Below, piece after piece: positions 1-12,200 of a stretch of DNA of 64,000 nt; the first letter of the stretch is position 1; each line of letters starts with the position of its first letter. A model generated the notes under the pieces. That model worked only from the letters and a program-made list of their open reading frames with translations, made no database searches and was not told where the DNA came from. A program made the translations under genes and the position numbers. Source of the stretch: Tubiluchus corallicola (Eukaryota; Animalia; Priapulida); assembly GCA_030141605.1 (NCBI GenBank), contig JAQGDQ010000021.1, forward strand, positions 496,001 to 560,000, given 5' to 3'.

Positions 1-390
1 TAGTCATAAGGTTAGTAAATAAAATGTTTTCAATATTTGATTGCATTGAATCTTTTCTTTGCTGTTTTTTTAAAAAGTTTATTTATCTTGTGTTGGCTGT
101 CATTAATTAGTCTTCATCTATGCATTATGATTTAATTTACCAAGCTAAGGTGCTGTGGCATTATTGTCACCATGTCTTTTGATGGACCTATCCTCATCTG
201 TCTGTAGATTTGCAATCCACGACAATTTTTTACTTGTTGTGGACTTTACAGTTGATGTTAGTCTGCCTGCAATCGGTGTATCTGACGTTGATGATGCGTT
301 TTCCTTCAATCGAAATTTTATGCTTTAGTATACTTGCAGCAAATGACTGAGTACATCTAAGTTAATAACGTAATTTGCCATATTTTTTAG

Positions 391-3300
391 AAATCTAAAA
401 AGAGAGAAAAGAAGGGGAAGAAAGAGAAGAGAAAAGAAAAACATAAGGGCAAGAAAGATAAAACGGAATACGAGGAAGCACCAGGCATAGCCACTCCATC
501 TCGAGAAAATTTATGCAATGCACCTGCAACACCATGCGTCACTACAGAACAAGTTGCTATAATGTCTAATTACAAACTGTTAGGTGAAAATCAAACTATA
601 AAACTGGTGAGTTCATTTCCTATGGGATTGCTCCTTGGATGTTCATGAAATAGTGTATGATTTATTTGTAAGACAAATGTTTTGCACACCTCAGAAATTT
701 AAAATTTTCCTGATGGTGTTTATAGTGCTGTTTACACTACAGAGGACATTTGTGACCTTGTCTGCCTGTATTCCTATTTACACTATACGTATATGTGTAG
801 ACTTGTTTTTCCACCGTGTTATTAAAAATACACAGTCAGTGTCCGCGTATGCAGTGAAATGTGTTTGGTCATGGCTATGCTGTGCCTGCAGAGAATAGCC
901 AAAGGATGCAGGATGGTTACTTATTCTGCTTACAATACAAATTGAATCCATGTCCTGGATGTGTAAATCTTCTGTGATTGCACCAGGAAGGTAGTCGTGG
1001 AAGTTGCACTACTTGTAGTAGTCTCTGTGTGATTGTTTACATTAGATCTGGTTCCAAAAAATTCACCACAGATAGAATATTTTCTGTTAGTGTAAATGGG
1101 TTTTTTATTATCAGTAAATATAAACAGTGTGAATGCACATTTTTTCCATCAAATTTATTTCTGTACAAGAGAAAGGGAAAAGGTCCTGGATAAACCTTGA
1201 GGCAATCTTGTGTGTTGTATTTTGTAGAAAAAGGGACATTTAGGCCTACACCATTGGTGAATTTGTAACTTAGTTATACAGTGATTATTGGCTTTAAGAT
1301 TTTAATGCTTTTTTAATTATCATAATATTTACAATATAACTATGATTGATAATTCTAACATTAAATGATTTAATGCTGAAAATTAAATGAAATTTTAGAC
1401 ATATGAAACACGAGTGGATCCAACTCAACAACATCAAGTGATTGTGTCTGTTGTATTTGCAAACACAACACCTTATCTTATAAAGAATTTAGATTTCAAC
1501 GTGCTTGACTCGCTTAATACGAAGCTCATACGTGGGGTAAGCTGCTAATACATTGAAATATGTGGACTCATTAGCCTTTTGTCATTTAGAAATACATTGA
1601 AAGTTTGTTTAAAATGGTCTTAGATATGGTCTGCTGTTGTGTGAGATGGTTTTAGGTTTCTGCTTATTAAAAATTTGACGCAGTAGAAAAAATTATCCAA
1701 GCAAAATTTGTGACAAAGTTTATTTTAATTAGCATATCACATTAAATTTTAACTAATTACCACAGCTATTATTACAAAGATTTTGTTGCAGTGGTAACCT
1801 AATAAAAGTAATTTATTTATTTCCCAAGCAGTTTTCCTTAATTTTTTTACTTTACTTGTGGAGTAGATTACTGCATTACTGATTTTTTTTAGGATGAGAG
1901 TGACGGTGTGAAGGTACCATTCCAACTGCCTGCTGGCTCTAGTAATGAAGGACAGTTTGCTTTTACGGTTCAAGCTATAAATCATCCGCAAAAACTTCGT
2001 GGTACTTTGTCCTACATTATGGTGGTAAGTTGTTTTTGTGCTATCCTACATTGTGATGATGAGTTGTTTTCGTGCTATCCTACATTGTGGTGGTGAATTG
2101 TTTTGTGCCATCCTACAATGTGGCGGTGAGCTGTTTTTGTGCTATTCTGCATTGTGGTGGTGCATTGTTTTTGTGCTATCGTACATTGTGGTGGTGCGTT
2201 GTTTTTGTGCTGTCCTACATTGTGGTGGTGCATTGTTTTTGTGCTGTCCTACGTTGTGGTAGTGAGTTGTTTTTGTGCTATCCTACAGTGTGGTGGTGCA
2301 TTGTTTTTGTGCTATCCTACGTTATGGTGGTGCGTTGTTTTTGTGCTATCCTACAGTGTGGTGGTGAGTTGTTTTTGTGCTATCCTGCATTGTGGTAGTG
2401 AGTTCTTTTTGTGCTATCCTACATTGTGGTGGTGAGTGTTTTTGCTATCCTACGTTGTGTGGATTGTTTTTGTGCTATCCTACAGGTGGTGTTGTTTTTG
2501 TGCTTCCTACATGTGGTGGTGGTTGTTTTGTGCTATCCTCTTGTGGTAGTGAGTTTTTTGTGCTATCCTACATGTGGTGGTGTTGTTTTTGTGCTATCCT
2601 ACGTTGTGGTGGTGAGTTGTTTTTGTGCTATCCTAAGTTATGGTGGTGAGCTGTTTTTGTGCTGTCCTACATTGTGGTGAGTTGTTCATATGCTGTCACT
2701 CGAAATAGTGTAATGGTGTGCTAGCAAGACCGTAAAGCGAAATGACCTTCTTTCATCAATAGTCGCATAATGGTGGTCGATATAAGAAATTTTTCAGCAA
2801 GCAGATTCTTGGTCATGTTTATGAATGCCAAGAATAGTTCATCTTTTGTTCCAAGTTGTAACTTAAATGTAACGTTATTATAGTGGACTTGTCACATATA
2901 TTTACAACTGCATGTATACACACAACTTAATATAGAACAGTCATTAATTATTAGCTTATTGAAGTCAAAAAATGCTTTTCATTGAATTTGAATATACATG
3001 GGGACCAGAAAAAGTAGTGGCGTACTCTATAAGCGTCTGTTGCTAATAATATGTATATGATGTAATAATGATATGTATATGAATACTAGATGGCAAGCAA
3101 ATGAAGCAATTAATAAAAGTATATAAATATTGTACAATGTAGGGCTTCATAGAGATTGTAAAGGACTTTTAGAAGATGTAATCAAGTATCAAATATTTTT
3201 CAGTGTATTCAGATTCAATGAAAAGTATTTACCTGACTTCAATAATTTGAAAATTAGTGAATGTTTCATTATAAATTGAGCATGTACGTTCAGTTGTAAA

Positions 3301-5476
3301 TTTATGTGACATGTTCAGTAAAGTCAGTGAGATTCAAAAAGTCAGTCAATTTTGTCTGCATAAAATTTCTGTTTGTTTCTTGTACAAAAAGTTTTTGCAG
3401 TAGGAGTCATCACTTGATGAGACTTCTCAGGAGTGAGCTGTCAGTGTATGTACATAAACTTCTTTCCCTTTCATATTTTGATTATTATTTTTTTGTAGGA
3501 ATCACCCTGTTCTTTTCTATGTATTAGTTGCACATAACATGATGGTTCTTAAACACTCAGCTCTAACATTAAAACATGCAAAGATTATGAAATATACAGA
3601 ACACTGCATAATTTTCACAAAATAATACAAGCGGCATTTAGTGAAACGTCACTATTTCTCCCAAAATTATATATCTGCTAATTTAAGCTACACGACATCC
3701 CACACACACTGTTAAGTAACAACATTAGCTTTTTTCTAGGCTGTATGTAGTAATTAAATCAGCTACAATGATCTCTGACTAGGCAATTTTGTCGTAGTTG
3801 GAACCTTTTGTTAATTGTTTTGTTAATGTCGTATTAGTAATTAATAATTAACAGTCATTGAACTCTAGAAGAAATTTGCGCCCTCTCAACATTGCGCCTG
3901 GGGGCGATTGCCTCCTGTTGCCCAAACTTTGACATGCCTCTGTGTCAAGCCGTTGAGTGACCTCATTGTTTTTATACATCTATGAGACAAAATGGCCATT
4001 CGGCACGACATTATTATATTAAGATATAATAATACTACTAATAATAATAACAACAACACATTTATTTCAAACGCAAAATCACTTTTGCTTTGTTTACAGT
4101 GCCTCTTGTACCAGGTACTGAACTATGAGAAAAACTGAAACTTTCCTCTTAACAATTTCATGTTACTGGAAAACCATTGAATGATGGAATAATTTAATCC
4201 GCAGTTATTTGAAGTCAGTTTTTGGAGCCAAATTTTGCTGAAAAAAAGAAGAATTAAAAAGTATGAAAACGATCTATAATTTAAGCCATGAACCTTTCAA
4301 GCACTGTATTCTATTCCAACTTCTTGTCAGTTTCTCAGTCTTTTCTCTTGAGAGTTTGTCAATTTACAGTTACTTTTAAATACTGATTGTAAATATCGTA
4401 AAAGCAGTAATACATGTGTATCATCAGTGTACGTAAATAATTATGTGTGAATGACTTGTGTGTATTTTAGAAAGAAGACGGAGCAACTCAAGAAAAAATA
4501 GATTTTAAACTTGGCCTGTCTTGTTCTTCCTTCATGATGAGTCAGCCTTATGACAGGTTGGTTGTTTTGAAAGGCTATTCTTTTACTTGTCTCAATTTTG
4601 CAGTATTTTTCATAACAAATTTTATTTTCTATTGTATAATGGTTGTCAGCATTGTTACAATTTTAATTTTTTATAATTTTGGCTGGTAGTCCAATCCAAT
4701 TCTCCAAGATGTGCTATCTTTGCATATGAGGTGATCCTATTGACATTATGAATGTTTTGCTGTGTTCTAATATGCTTTTTATTTTTCAGAGACTCATTTG
4801 CAGTTCTGTTAACCAGCGGTGAGCTAGAGTACAAAAATGCTGTGAAACTAGACTGTGTGTCTGGAAAGTTTAAACAAGTGCTATCCAACATTTGTTTTTT
4901 TACTCATAGTTATGGTACGTAGTATAATGTGCTAAATCAAGGTTTTGGTTTATGTTGTGAATTTTTTGTGTTCGTTTAAATCCATTTTAAATTCTAATTT
5001 TAGCGTGACATTTTTCCAACTAAGGTTTTTGTGCAGTTGCTAACAGTGTTTAATTGGAATATGGTTGTTTGTTTGTTCTTCGAAAACTATTTTTTGTTTT
5101 TCTAGTTGTTGAACAAGTTGAAGATAGTGCATCATTGTACAGTAAGTCCATTCAAGGTCACCACTTGGCATTTTTAGTTAAAGGTTTGGTAAGTAGTTTT
5201 CTTCTAATTTTAAGTTCATTTTGAAATAGCAAATAAACCTTAGTAAACACAGATGCCTTTAGTTAGTTCAGTGATCTTGCTATGGTAAAATTACAAACGT
5301 GTCATACTTTTGTCACCAGATCCAGAACATCATATGGCCATTTCTGGTTACGTTCCAATTTTCAACATTGTTATTTTTTGCAGCCAAGTAATGGTCTTAG
5401 CATTGATGGTAAAAGCAACGATCCCAGTTTACTGTCTGCCATCTTAGACGAAGTGAAAGCAGTGTTGATCCAATGA
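391..5476 (+). CDS. AP3D1: AP-3 adaptor complex subunit delta-1, 3' part (last 7 coding exons; gene starts left of the window)
   Basis: Exons 391-606, 1399-1536, 1893-2024, 4471-4556, 4790-4914, 5106-5188, 5384-5476 (TGA) are all AG/GT bounded and phase-consistent (873 nt). Translation: Lys-rich hinge then MSNYKLLGENQTIKL|TYETRVD...VLDSLNTKL|...DGVKVPFQLPAGSSNEGQFAFTVQ...QKLRGTLSYI|...GATQEKIDFKL...|...SASLYSKSIQGHHLAFLVK|...SIDGKSNDPSLLSAILDEVK. This is collinear with the remembered human AP3D1 ear domain (GVPVPFQLPPGVSNEAQ...ASMYSRSIQGHHVCLLVK...VDGKCSD). Confidence 0.95.
2010..2698 (+). repeat. 34-bp minisatellite (~21 units) derived from the AP3D1 exon/intron donor junction
   Basis: Consensus TCCTACATTGTGGTG GTGAGT TGTTTTTGTGCTA; units start at 2010, 2044, 2078, 2111, 2145, 2179, 2213, 2247, 2281, 2315, 2349, 2383, 2417 ... 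2597, 2631, 2665. The first unit is the real exon end plus donor (TCCTACATTATGGTG|GTAAGT). Confidence 0.95.
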
Positions 5477-8274
5477 CAGCCTTAGAGTGCGCGGTGGACT
5501 TTACATTCCGTTATGGAGCAACCTAGTTAATCTGGAATATCCACTTGTATCATATCTGAGAAGGTTCTGTATAATAGGCGGGAAATGGATAAAATTGCAC
5601 CAATTATTTAGTGACTGCGACTCTGTTAAAGCAATTTCCTTTTTCTGCATTTTGTTGACACCAGAAATGACACATATCTAATTAAATTCCTGGGTCACCC
5701 AATATTATAGTTGTCTCTCACATTAATAGCCACTTATATATACAGTATAGACATTTCAGCTAATGTGTAAGATTTGCTACAAGCTTCTGCTATGATAAAA
5801 TATGGGAATTCTTGCACACAACATTATTTTATCAGACTGGCATTGTAAATAGCCATGCACATTTTCACTAAATCTTGCCTAATTTTTGTTTTGTACCAGC
5901 TCACCCACCACCACCTAACTAAAAAATTGTAATAAATCTCAAAGTCATTAACAAGGTTTTCTAGGTTAACAAGGTGGCATACTTATAGTATAATTTTCTT
6001 ATTGTATGTACAACTAGGCATATGAAACCAATTATGTGAGAGAGTGCTCATAAATTCAATATGTATTGTGTATAGGATGGTTGACAGTTGTAGGGTATAA
6101 TTACATCGATTAGATTATATCACATGCTTTTGCACATCAATTTCTGGTGCGTTTAAAGTTTGGGTGTTGCAATAGAAAGGTATAGAACAGGTGATGAGCA
6201 AATTTGGTATATAGCGTTAATTATCAAATTCTGTCTAATATTTTTATTAATTTTTAACATTGAGATTTCTTCCTGGCCGGAATAGGTCAGCCATTTGGTG
6301 TAACATAAGTAGTTTACTTGCATCATACTTGTGATTTAACTTGTTTTATGTTGTTGTATTAGGAACAAGTTTGCAACTTATGTATAAGTATTATATACAT
6401 TTACCTACTTACTTACATAATAATAATGAATTCCTTTCCATTGTTGAGAACACTTGGTTTTATGATGAAAATGTGTTGATATCATTAAATTAAAGGACTT
6501 TGTTAATTTATTGATAAAAAAATATGTATTAAAAAACTGTACTGTAGTATGGTCTGGAGGAAGTGCTGCACGTTACAATTGTAAATCACTTTAATGAACG
6601 CCATTACTCTGCTGTTCTATATTATGTACATAGGAACATTTTGCAAAGTAAAAATGCCAAAATAGTAAACATGGCCTCTGTAGAAGAAATTTGTATGGTA
6701 CAGTTTGCCAACTAAGCAGCTGTAAGAAGATTCGCCAAATACAATAATTCATTTGCTTTACAAAAACCCGTGTACCTGGTTATTATTCGATTACTTTTAA
6801 TTAGAATATTAATAAACATATAGTTGATCAATTTTGTAATGATTAGAAAAATTTCAGTAAAACTTTGCTATCCATTGTTATTTACCAGTTGATCCTTCAA
6901 GTCAACAAAATGGCCTTCGAATGAGTGTGGGGTAGACTAAAGACAAAGTAAAGGTATATTATTTGGTTTTACAGAAAATAAATTCTTGTTAATTCCATTC
7001 CTGACGTATAGCAGCTACTTTGTAGTGATGTGTAGATCTGTTCCCTGTTCTTTGTATGCAGTGTTTCTTTTACTGAATAGGCCGTGTTCAATTTATTGAT
7101 CTTTTATAAGAAAAACGACAAGCAAAAATTGTTACTTCAAAAGAGATGTATGAGTTTGACTCTGTTAAGTAACTTTAATTATCATTTTCATATATGGAAC
7201 TGTTATCTAGAGAATAAAAGTATAATATAAAACCCTGTTTCTTAATTTCCCATGAGTTGTATTGTTCCTGTGTCTCTAGTTTGATGTAAAGTTTTTGTAG
7301 ATATGCGTCTAGTTGTACTTAATTTTGTGTTGTTGTTATTGGTTGCAAGATTATCCCACACTTGTTTATTTAATGGCTTCGTGGAAATTATAATAAAGTT
7401 ACTAATAAAAAACTATTGCCATTTTGTTTACGTTTCTGACTTTTGCATAAATTTGTTTTCTGACTGACTCCTGAGGTTACATTTAAATGCTGCGCTGGCA
7501 GTTATTTCAGATTTATTCAAAGCGAGGTTTTACTTTAAAACCATTTAATTTTGGTAGTGTATTGAAAATTAGTTTTATTGCAAAGGATTTTTATATTAAT
7601 AAAACTCGGGAGAAACCTATGGTACCCTAACCTGGTAATCTATTTGTAACAGGACTGAAACTGTCAGAAATATTTTTATGATTGCCGTTAAGATAGGGTT
7701 GTGATTATCCATTTTTAAAGTAAACCTCGATATGAATTTCTTTAATTGCTTGTGTTTCACTACTTTTAACTCTTAATCATTTTTATTTAGTCATTCGTAC
7801 TTTCTATTTCAAATGTTCACAAACCAACAATAGAAAACAGACAAGATTTGATTAAAATGTGGCCACAACAAAATACATTATGATTTCATTCAATTCATTG
7901 ATAATATATACTTATATAAGCTATAGTTTGGTCCTCACATTATAAATTTCACAAATATGTGGTATTAGTTAACTATCATAAATGTTTACTTACATATTAC
8001 CAATTACATGTGTAGCATAATTATCACAAGTAGCACTAAAGCACTTAAAAGGCATAATATAAATAAAATTTAGGTAATTTTAACTATAATTTAGCACTAT
8101 ATGCCTATATAGAGGGACTTGCTCTGTTAGCCAGTGAAAACTAAGTAAAAGAGTCGTCATCGATTCTCATGTCAAGGGGCCTTATATAAACTTTTCCTTC
8201 ACAAATTAATCTAAATAGTGGGTTTCATGCAATGCATGCTCGTATCATCTGAAACTACCTACAGACCTATTCTG

Positions 8275-8637
8275 TAGGGGTGAGCATCGAACGAGTTTTT
8301 TTAGTTCGAACTCGATTCGAATCCAAAACTATAGATTCGAATAATTCAGCACTTCAGTCACACATGTTCTTTATCACTAAAACGATTGAAACATCATGCA
8401 ATTAGCATAATATAGCTGTGATTTCTGCACACAATTTTAAAGAAATTACTAGTCGTTTTATTGCAGAACAAAATCTAGTGATATGCATGATCTTTGTAAG
8501 ACAAATTTTTGCTGGTGGTTCGAAAACTTGTTCGAAAATCTTTCGATCTCAATTCGAATTTCGTTTCGATTCGAATTCGAAAGTCACAAATTCGGTGCGA
8601 TTCGAATTCGCTTTCTGGTAGAGAATGCTCACCCCTA
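8275..8637. mobile_element. hAT-type MITE upstream of MTF-1
   Basis: 13-bp perfect TIR TAGGGGTGAGCAT / ATGCTCACCCCTA; 8-bp flanking duplication CTATTCTG (8267-8274) / CTATTCTA (8638-8645), 7/8 identical; many subterminal TTCGA(A) motifs at both ends; no transposase ORF. Confidence 0.85.
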
Positions 8638-9179
8638 CTATTCTAAGGGCAAATCTAAGTTTTACATTCAAGGCTATATTATAAGACAGTAGTTGAAGGA
8701 AAATTCATTAATTAGAAAAAATGCTAGAGAATTTGGGGGCGATTTTATAGACACACAAAATTAAATTTCGGGAAATATATATGCGATTTCCCGACAAGTG
8801 AAGCGCAATGTACAGATTCTTTGAACAGCAATTGCCCTATGGCGCTGCGTGACACCTCAACCGCCAGTACTATAGCTCTAATTCTTTCACAGGTAGTAGC
8901 ATGTATATTTTATGACTGTAATAAAACCATTTAAGTCCATTCTGAATGATAAATTACATATGCCATTCCACAAAATGACTTAAAGCAGCTGACCAATGAG
9001 ATGACAAAATTTACATGTTACTGTTAACTAACTTTACTTGGTGCCCAGGATCTGAAAAGAGTTATAATAAAAATTAATTAAAACTTATCTAGAATTTAGT
9101 AGAATGAATAGCAAATAACTTTATTTACTAAAAGCAATGATTAATTGAAATAGTGGGAGTTAAGTTGTGTTTGGAACCC

Positions 9180-9276
9180 ATTATCGATATAAAGTGTTGT
9201 AGAGAGAACGGAAAAAATCATACACTATTAGTGACTATGACGTTGTATGACGTCACTCCAGTGGTTAACATGGCGG
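9180..9276 (+). promoter_or_regulatory. Putative MTF-1 core promoter: TATCGATA (9182-9189), half-CRE TGACGT (9238-9243), full CRE TGACGTCA (9248-9255), YY1-like AACATGGCGG over the start codon
   Basis: The motifs are read directly from the sequence and cluster within ~90 bp of ATG 9270. Function is inferred from known consensus sequences only. Confidence 0.45.
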
Positions 9277-12200
9277 ATGATGGTGTTTGTGATTTTCTAA
9301 TTTCATCAAATTCTGGTTATAATTACATTAAAGAAATGAGTGATATTAACCAAAGCTTGCAAAATGCACAAATGCAACTTAGTGAAAACGAGGAGGCAGG
9401 TGATGAAGGTACATGTCGATAATCGTCTTTTTTGGAATTGGTCACTGTCAAACATTTAAATTTTATGTAGACTTATTTTTATTTAGTATTACTAGGTCTA
9501 CTCAGCGAACCGATTTGAAATTTAATTATTATAATAAGATGCACAGTAAAATTAAAAACGTTTGCACTGCAAAAGTTGGAAAAATCAGAAATGCGAAGGT
9601 GAACCTGTGAAACGTGAAGAGCAAAAACTCATTTGACGTGCATTGCAAAATATCAGAAGTGTTTAATACAAACAACTTGCCGACTTAATTTTATGCAGTG
9701 GAACTGCACTCCACTATTAGTAATGTAAGCTTCATTAATCTGTAGTTTAAACTCCAATTACAGGGAATTCATTGCGAACCTTTTAGGAAATTTAACTTTT
9801 TTATTTTAATTTGACATTGAATTACTCCACTAAGATTGTGAACCACTGTTAGTTTGGTGCTGTGTTTGTTTCAAAATTTATTGAACTTTTATTGTGCGTC
9901 TTTTGAATTATAAAACAGTTTGTATTGCAGAGTAAAAACAAATAGATGAATATTGTTTTAGCAAATACATGTTTGCTTAAATTTACAGGGTTTAGCGAGC
10001 AGACATTTGATCGCACACGATGTTTCATAGAATCTGATCGTGAATATGATGAAGGAAGTAATCACGATGATGAAACAAGTTATGACTATGATGAAGATGG
10101 GTAATTGTTAATGAAATTTAAATTTGAATTGTAAATACTGTTTGTTGCATTGCTGTTCATTCATGCTACTAGTTTTAATTAGTATATTTTCTCCAGTATT
10201 ATTTATTTGTTTGTTTTTAACTGCAGTTGTTAAATTGTTGGCAAATTAACCCATTTGTTAATTAATTTAATACACATTTGTTCCAAGGTGAGTCAGTTAA
10301 ATGGTAACTGCTAGATTTTTAAAGCCTGAAATTATTGGCCTTGACAGATAGTTGTTCAACATTTTAATTATGTTTAGTGGGACAAGACTAATGTCTAAAC
10401 TCCACAACAGTACTTAAAGCAGCATCAACAGAGCTTCACAAATGTGATTTGGTTTTTAGATAACTTTAAGATTTTGGTGAACTTCCCTCTGAGACATGTG
10501 CCATATGCCCTGGTCTATATCTTATGATACCTTTTGAATTTTTGAAGCACAATTGTGTTGTGCCAAAAACAGGGATGTTACTGAAATGAAATTTCATTTG
10601 CCGATAATTTCACTTTTGGATGAGTTTTGTTTTTGTCGAAAACTATCCAGTTTCGTAGCTGAAACTTTCGGTAATTTTCGGCACCATTTTTCCATGGATT
10701 TAGTGGTATTTATACAGCTTACCTTTTTTTCTGCTAGATGTTAAAAATCGCTGAAAAATTTTGGTTAAAATATTTCGAATAAAGCATTTATTATTTATTT
10801 AACTTTTCATACCATTTGTAGCATGCTTTTTATGGCAATGCGGCATATCTTCAGTGCTGATGACCGTGAAGCTTTAAGGTCTTCTGGGCACAATCACCTG
10901 AAATATCAAAGAGTAACTTGAATAAAACCAAGTTTAATTTTATAATTTACGAAATATAGGCAGCGAAATAGTTACAAAATAAAATTTGTCAAATAAAATA
11001 AAATATTTACAAAACAAAACAAAATAAAGTTTTTTTGAAATTTGAAGATCTTTAACCATAAACATTGTTCTACTTTTTTGGTTAGTATTTTTTGCCTAAC
11101 AACCCTCAAACAGGCTTATATCAGAACAAAAATAAGTAAACAAGCAAAAAAACAAAGTATTTTATTTATTTCAGAATTTGTTTTCAGTTTTGATAACATT
11201 TGGTTTTGCAAATATGATTTTGGTTCGGTTTTGTATCAGTTTCCTAAGTTCCATAAATTTCAGTTTCAGTTTTGGTTTATAATTTCAGTTTTGGTAACAT
11301 CCCTGGCCATGAAATTTTTGTTAAATAGACAAATTGTGAAATTACTAAAATTCATTAGTTTAGTTACTAAGCTCGATTTGATTATGAACATTATGCACTT
11401 TACTATTCAGGTATATCCACCATACAATTTCGGATGATCAGATGTACCTGCAGATTCATCCAGGCAAGTCGACGGAGATGCCTATTAACCCCTCACATGC
11501 CACGCTTACCATCGAAACCAGTGACCCTACTACCAAGGAGAAAGAGGTTAAGAGGTTCATATGTGATTATGAGGATTGTACTCGTACATACAGCACAGCT
11601 GGAAACCTCAAAACTCATCTTAAAACTCATACTGGCAAGTGAAATGCTATACACAACATAACTTTGATTTTAAAACTATATATAAGTAAGCCTTCACTTA
11701 AAAGACTTTGTCAAATAGTTTTTCTTTTTATTAATTCTGCAAAGATAGTACAGTTAGTTAAAAAGCGTATAAATAAATAATTATTTTCTTAAATTTAATA
11801 AAAAAATAATATATAATTCCAAGCAATAAAAGTCGCAAAATGTTTGGCTTTAGACACATCTCACATATTCGTATTATTTCCTATAGATGTTGTCTTCATT
11901 TAACAATGTTTTAGTTAGCACTGTGTTTTGCTGAAACACTACCATCATTGACCCTCAGCTACTGGAAATGGGGTGTGAAAACTGTCTTTAACAGCTGCCT
12001 TTAGTGTATAGCCAGGCTGCATAAGATTATGGATATCCATAAAATAAGACCAAAAATCCATAAAATAAAATTTGAAAAATGCATAAAATAAAAAAATATT
12101 TTTTTTTGTGATTTTTTGAACAAATTAACGAGTTGTAAGCATTGGCAACACTGAAAACGAACGTTAAAAGGAGAGAAAGAGAAAGAAAACAAACCAACAA

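Noticed and set aside
2038-2680. Five overlapping Cys/Val-rich ORFs, superficially metallothionein-like and close to MTF-1; also a CRISPR-like look
   Set aside because: They are translations of the 34-bp intronic minisatellite. The units are contiguous with no unique spacers, and the context is eukaryotic.
8290-8610. TTCGAA clusters as heat-shock elements
   Set aside because: The spacing does not fit nGAAnnTTCn arrays; they are better explained as MITE subterminal repeats.
9705-9711. MRE core TGCACTC as proof of MTF-1 autoregulation
   Set aside because: A single degenerate 7-mer is expected by chance every few kb, and there is no MRE cluster.
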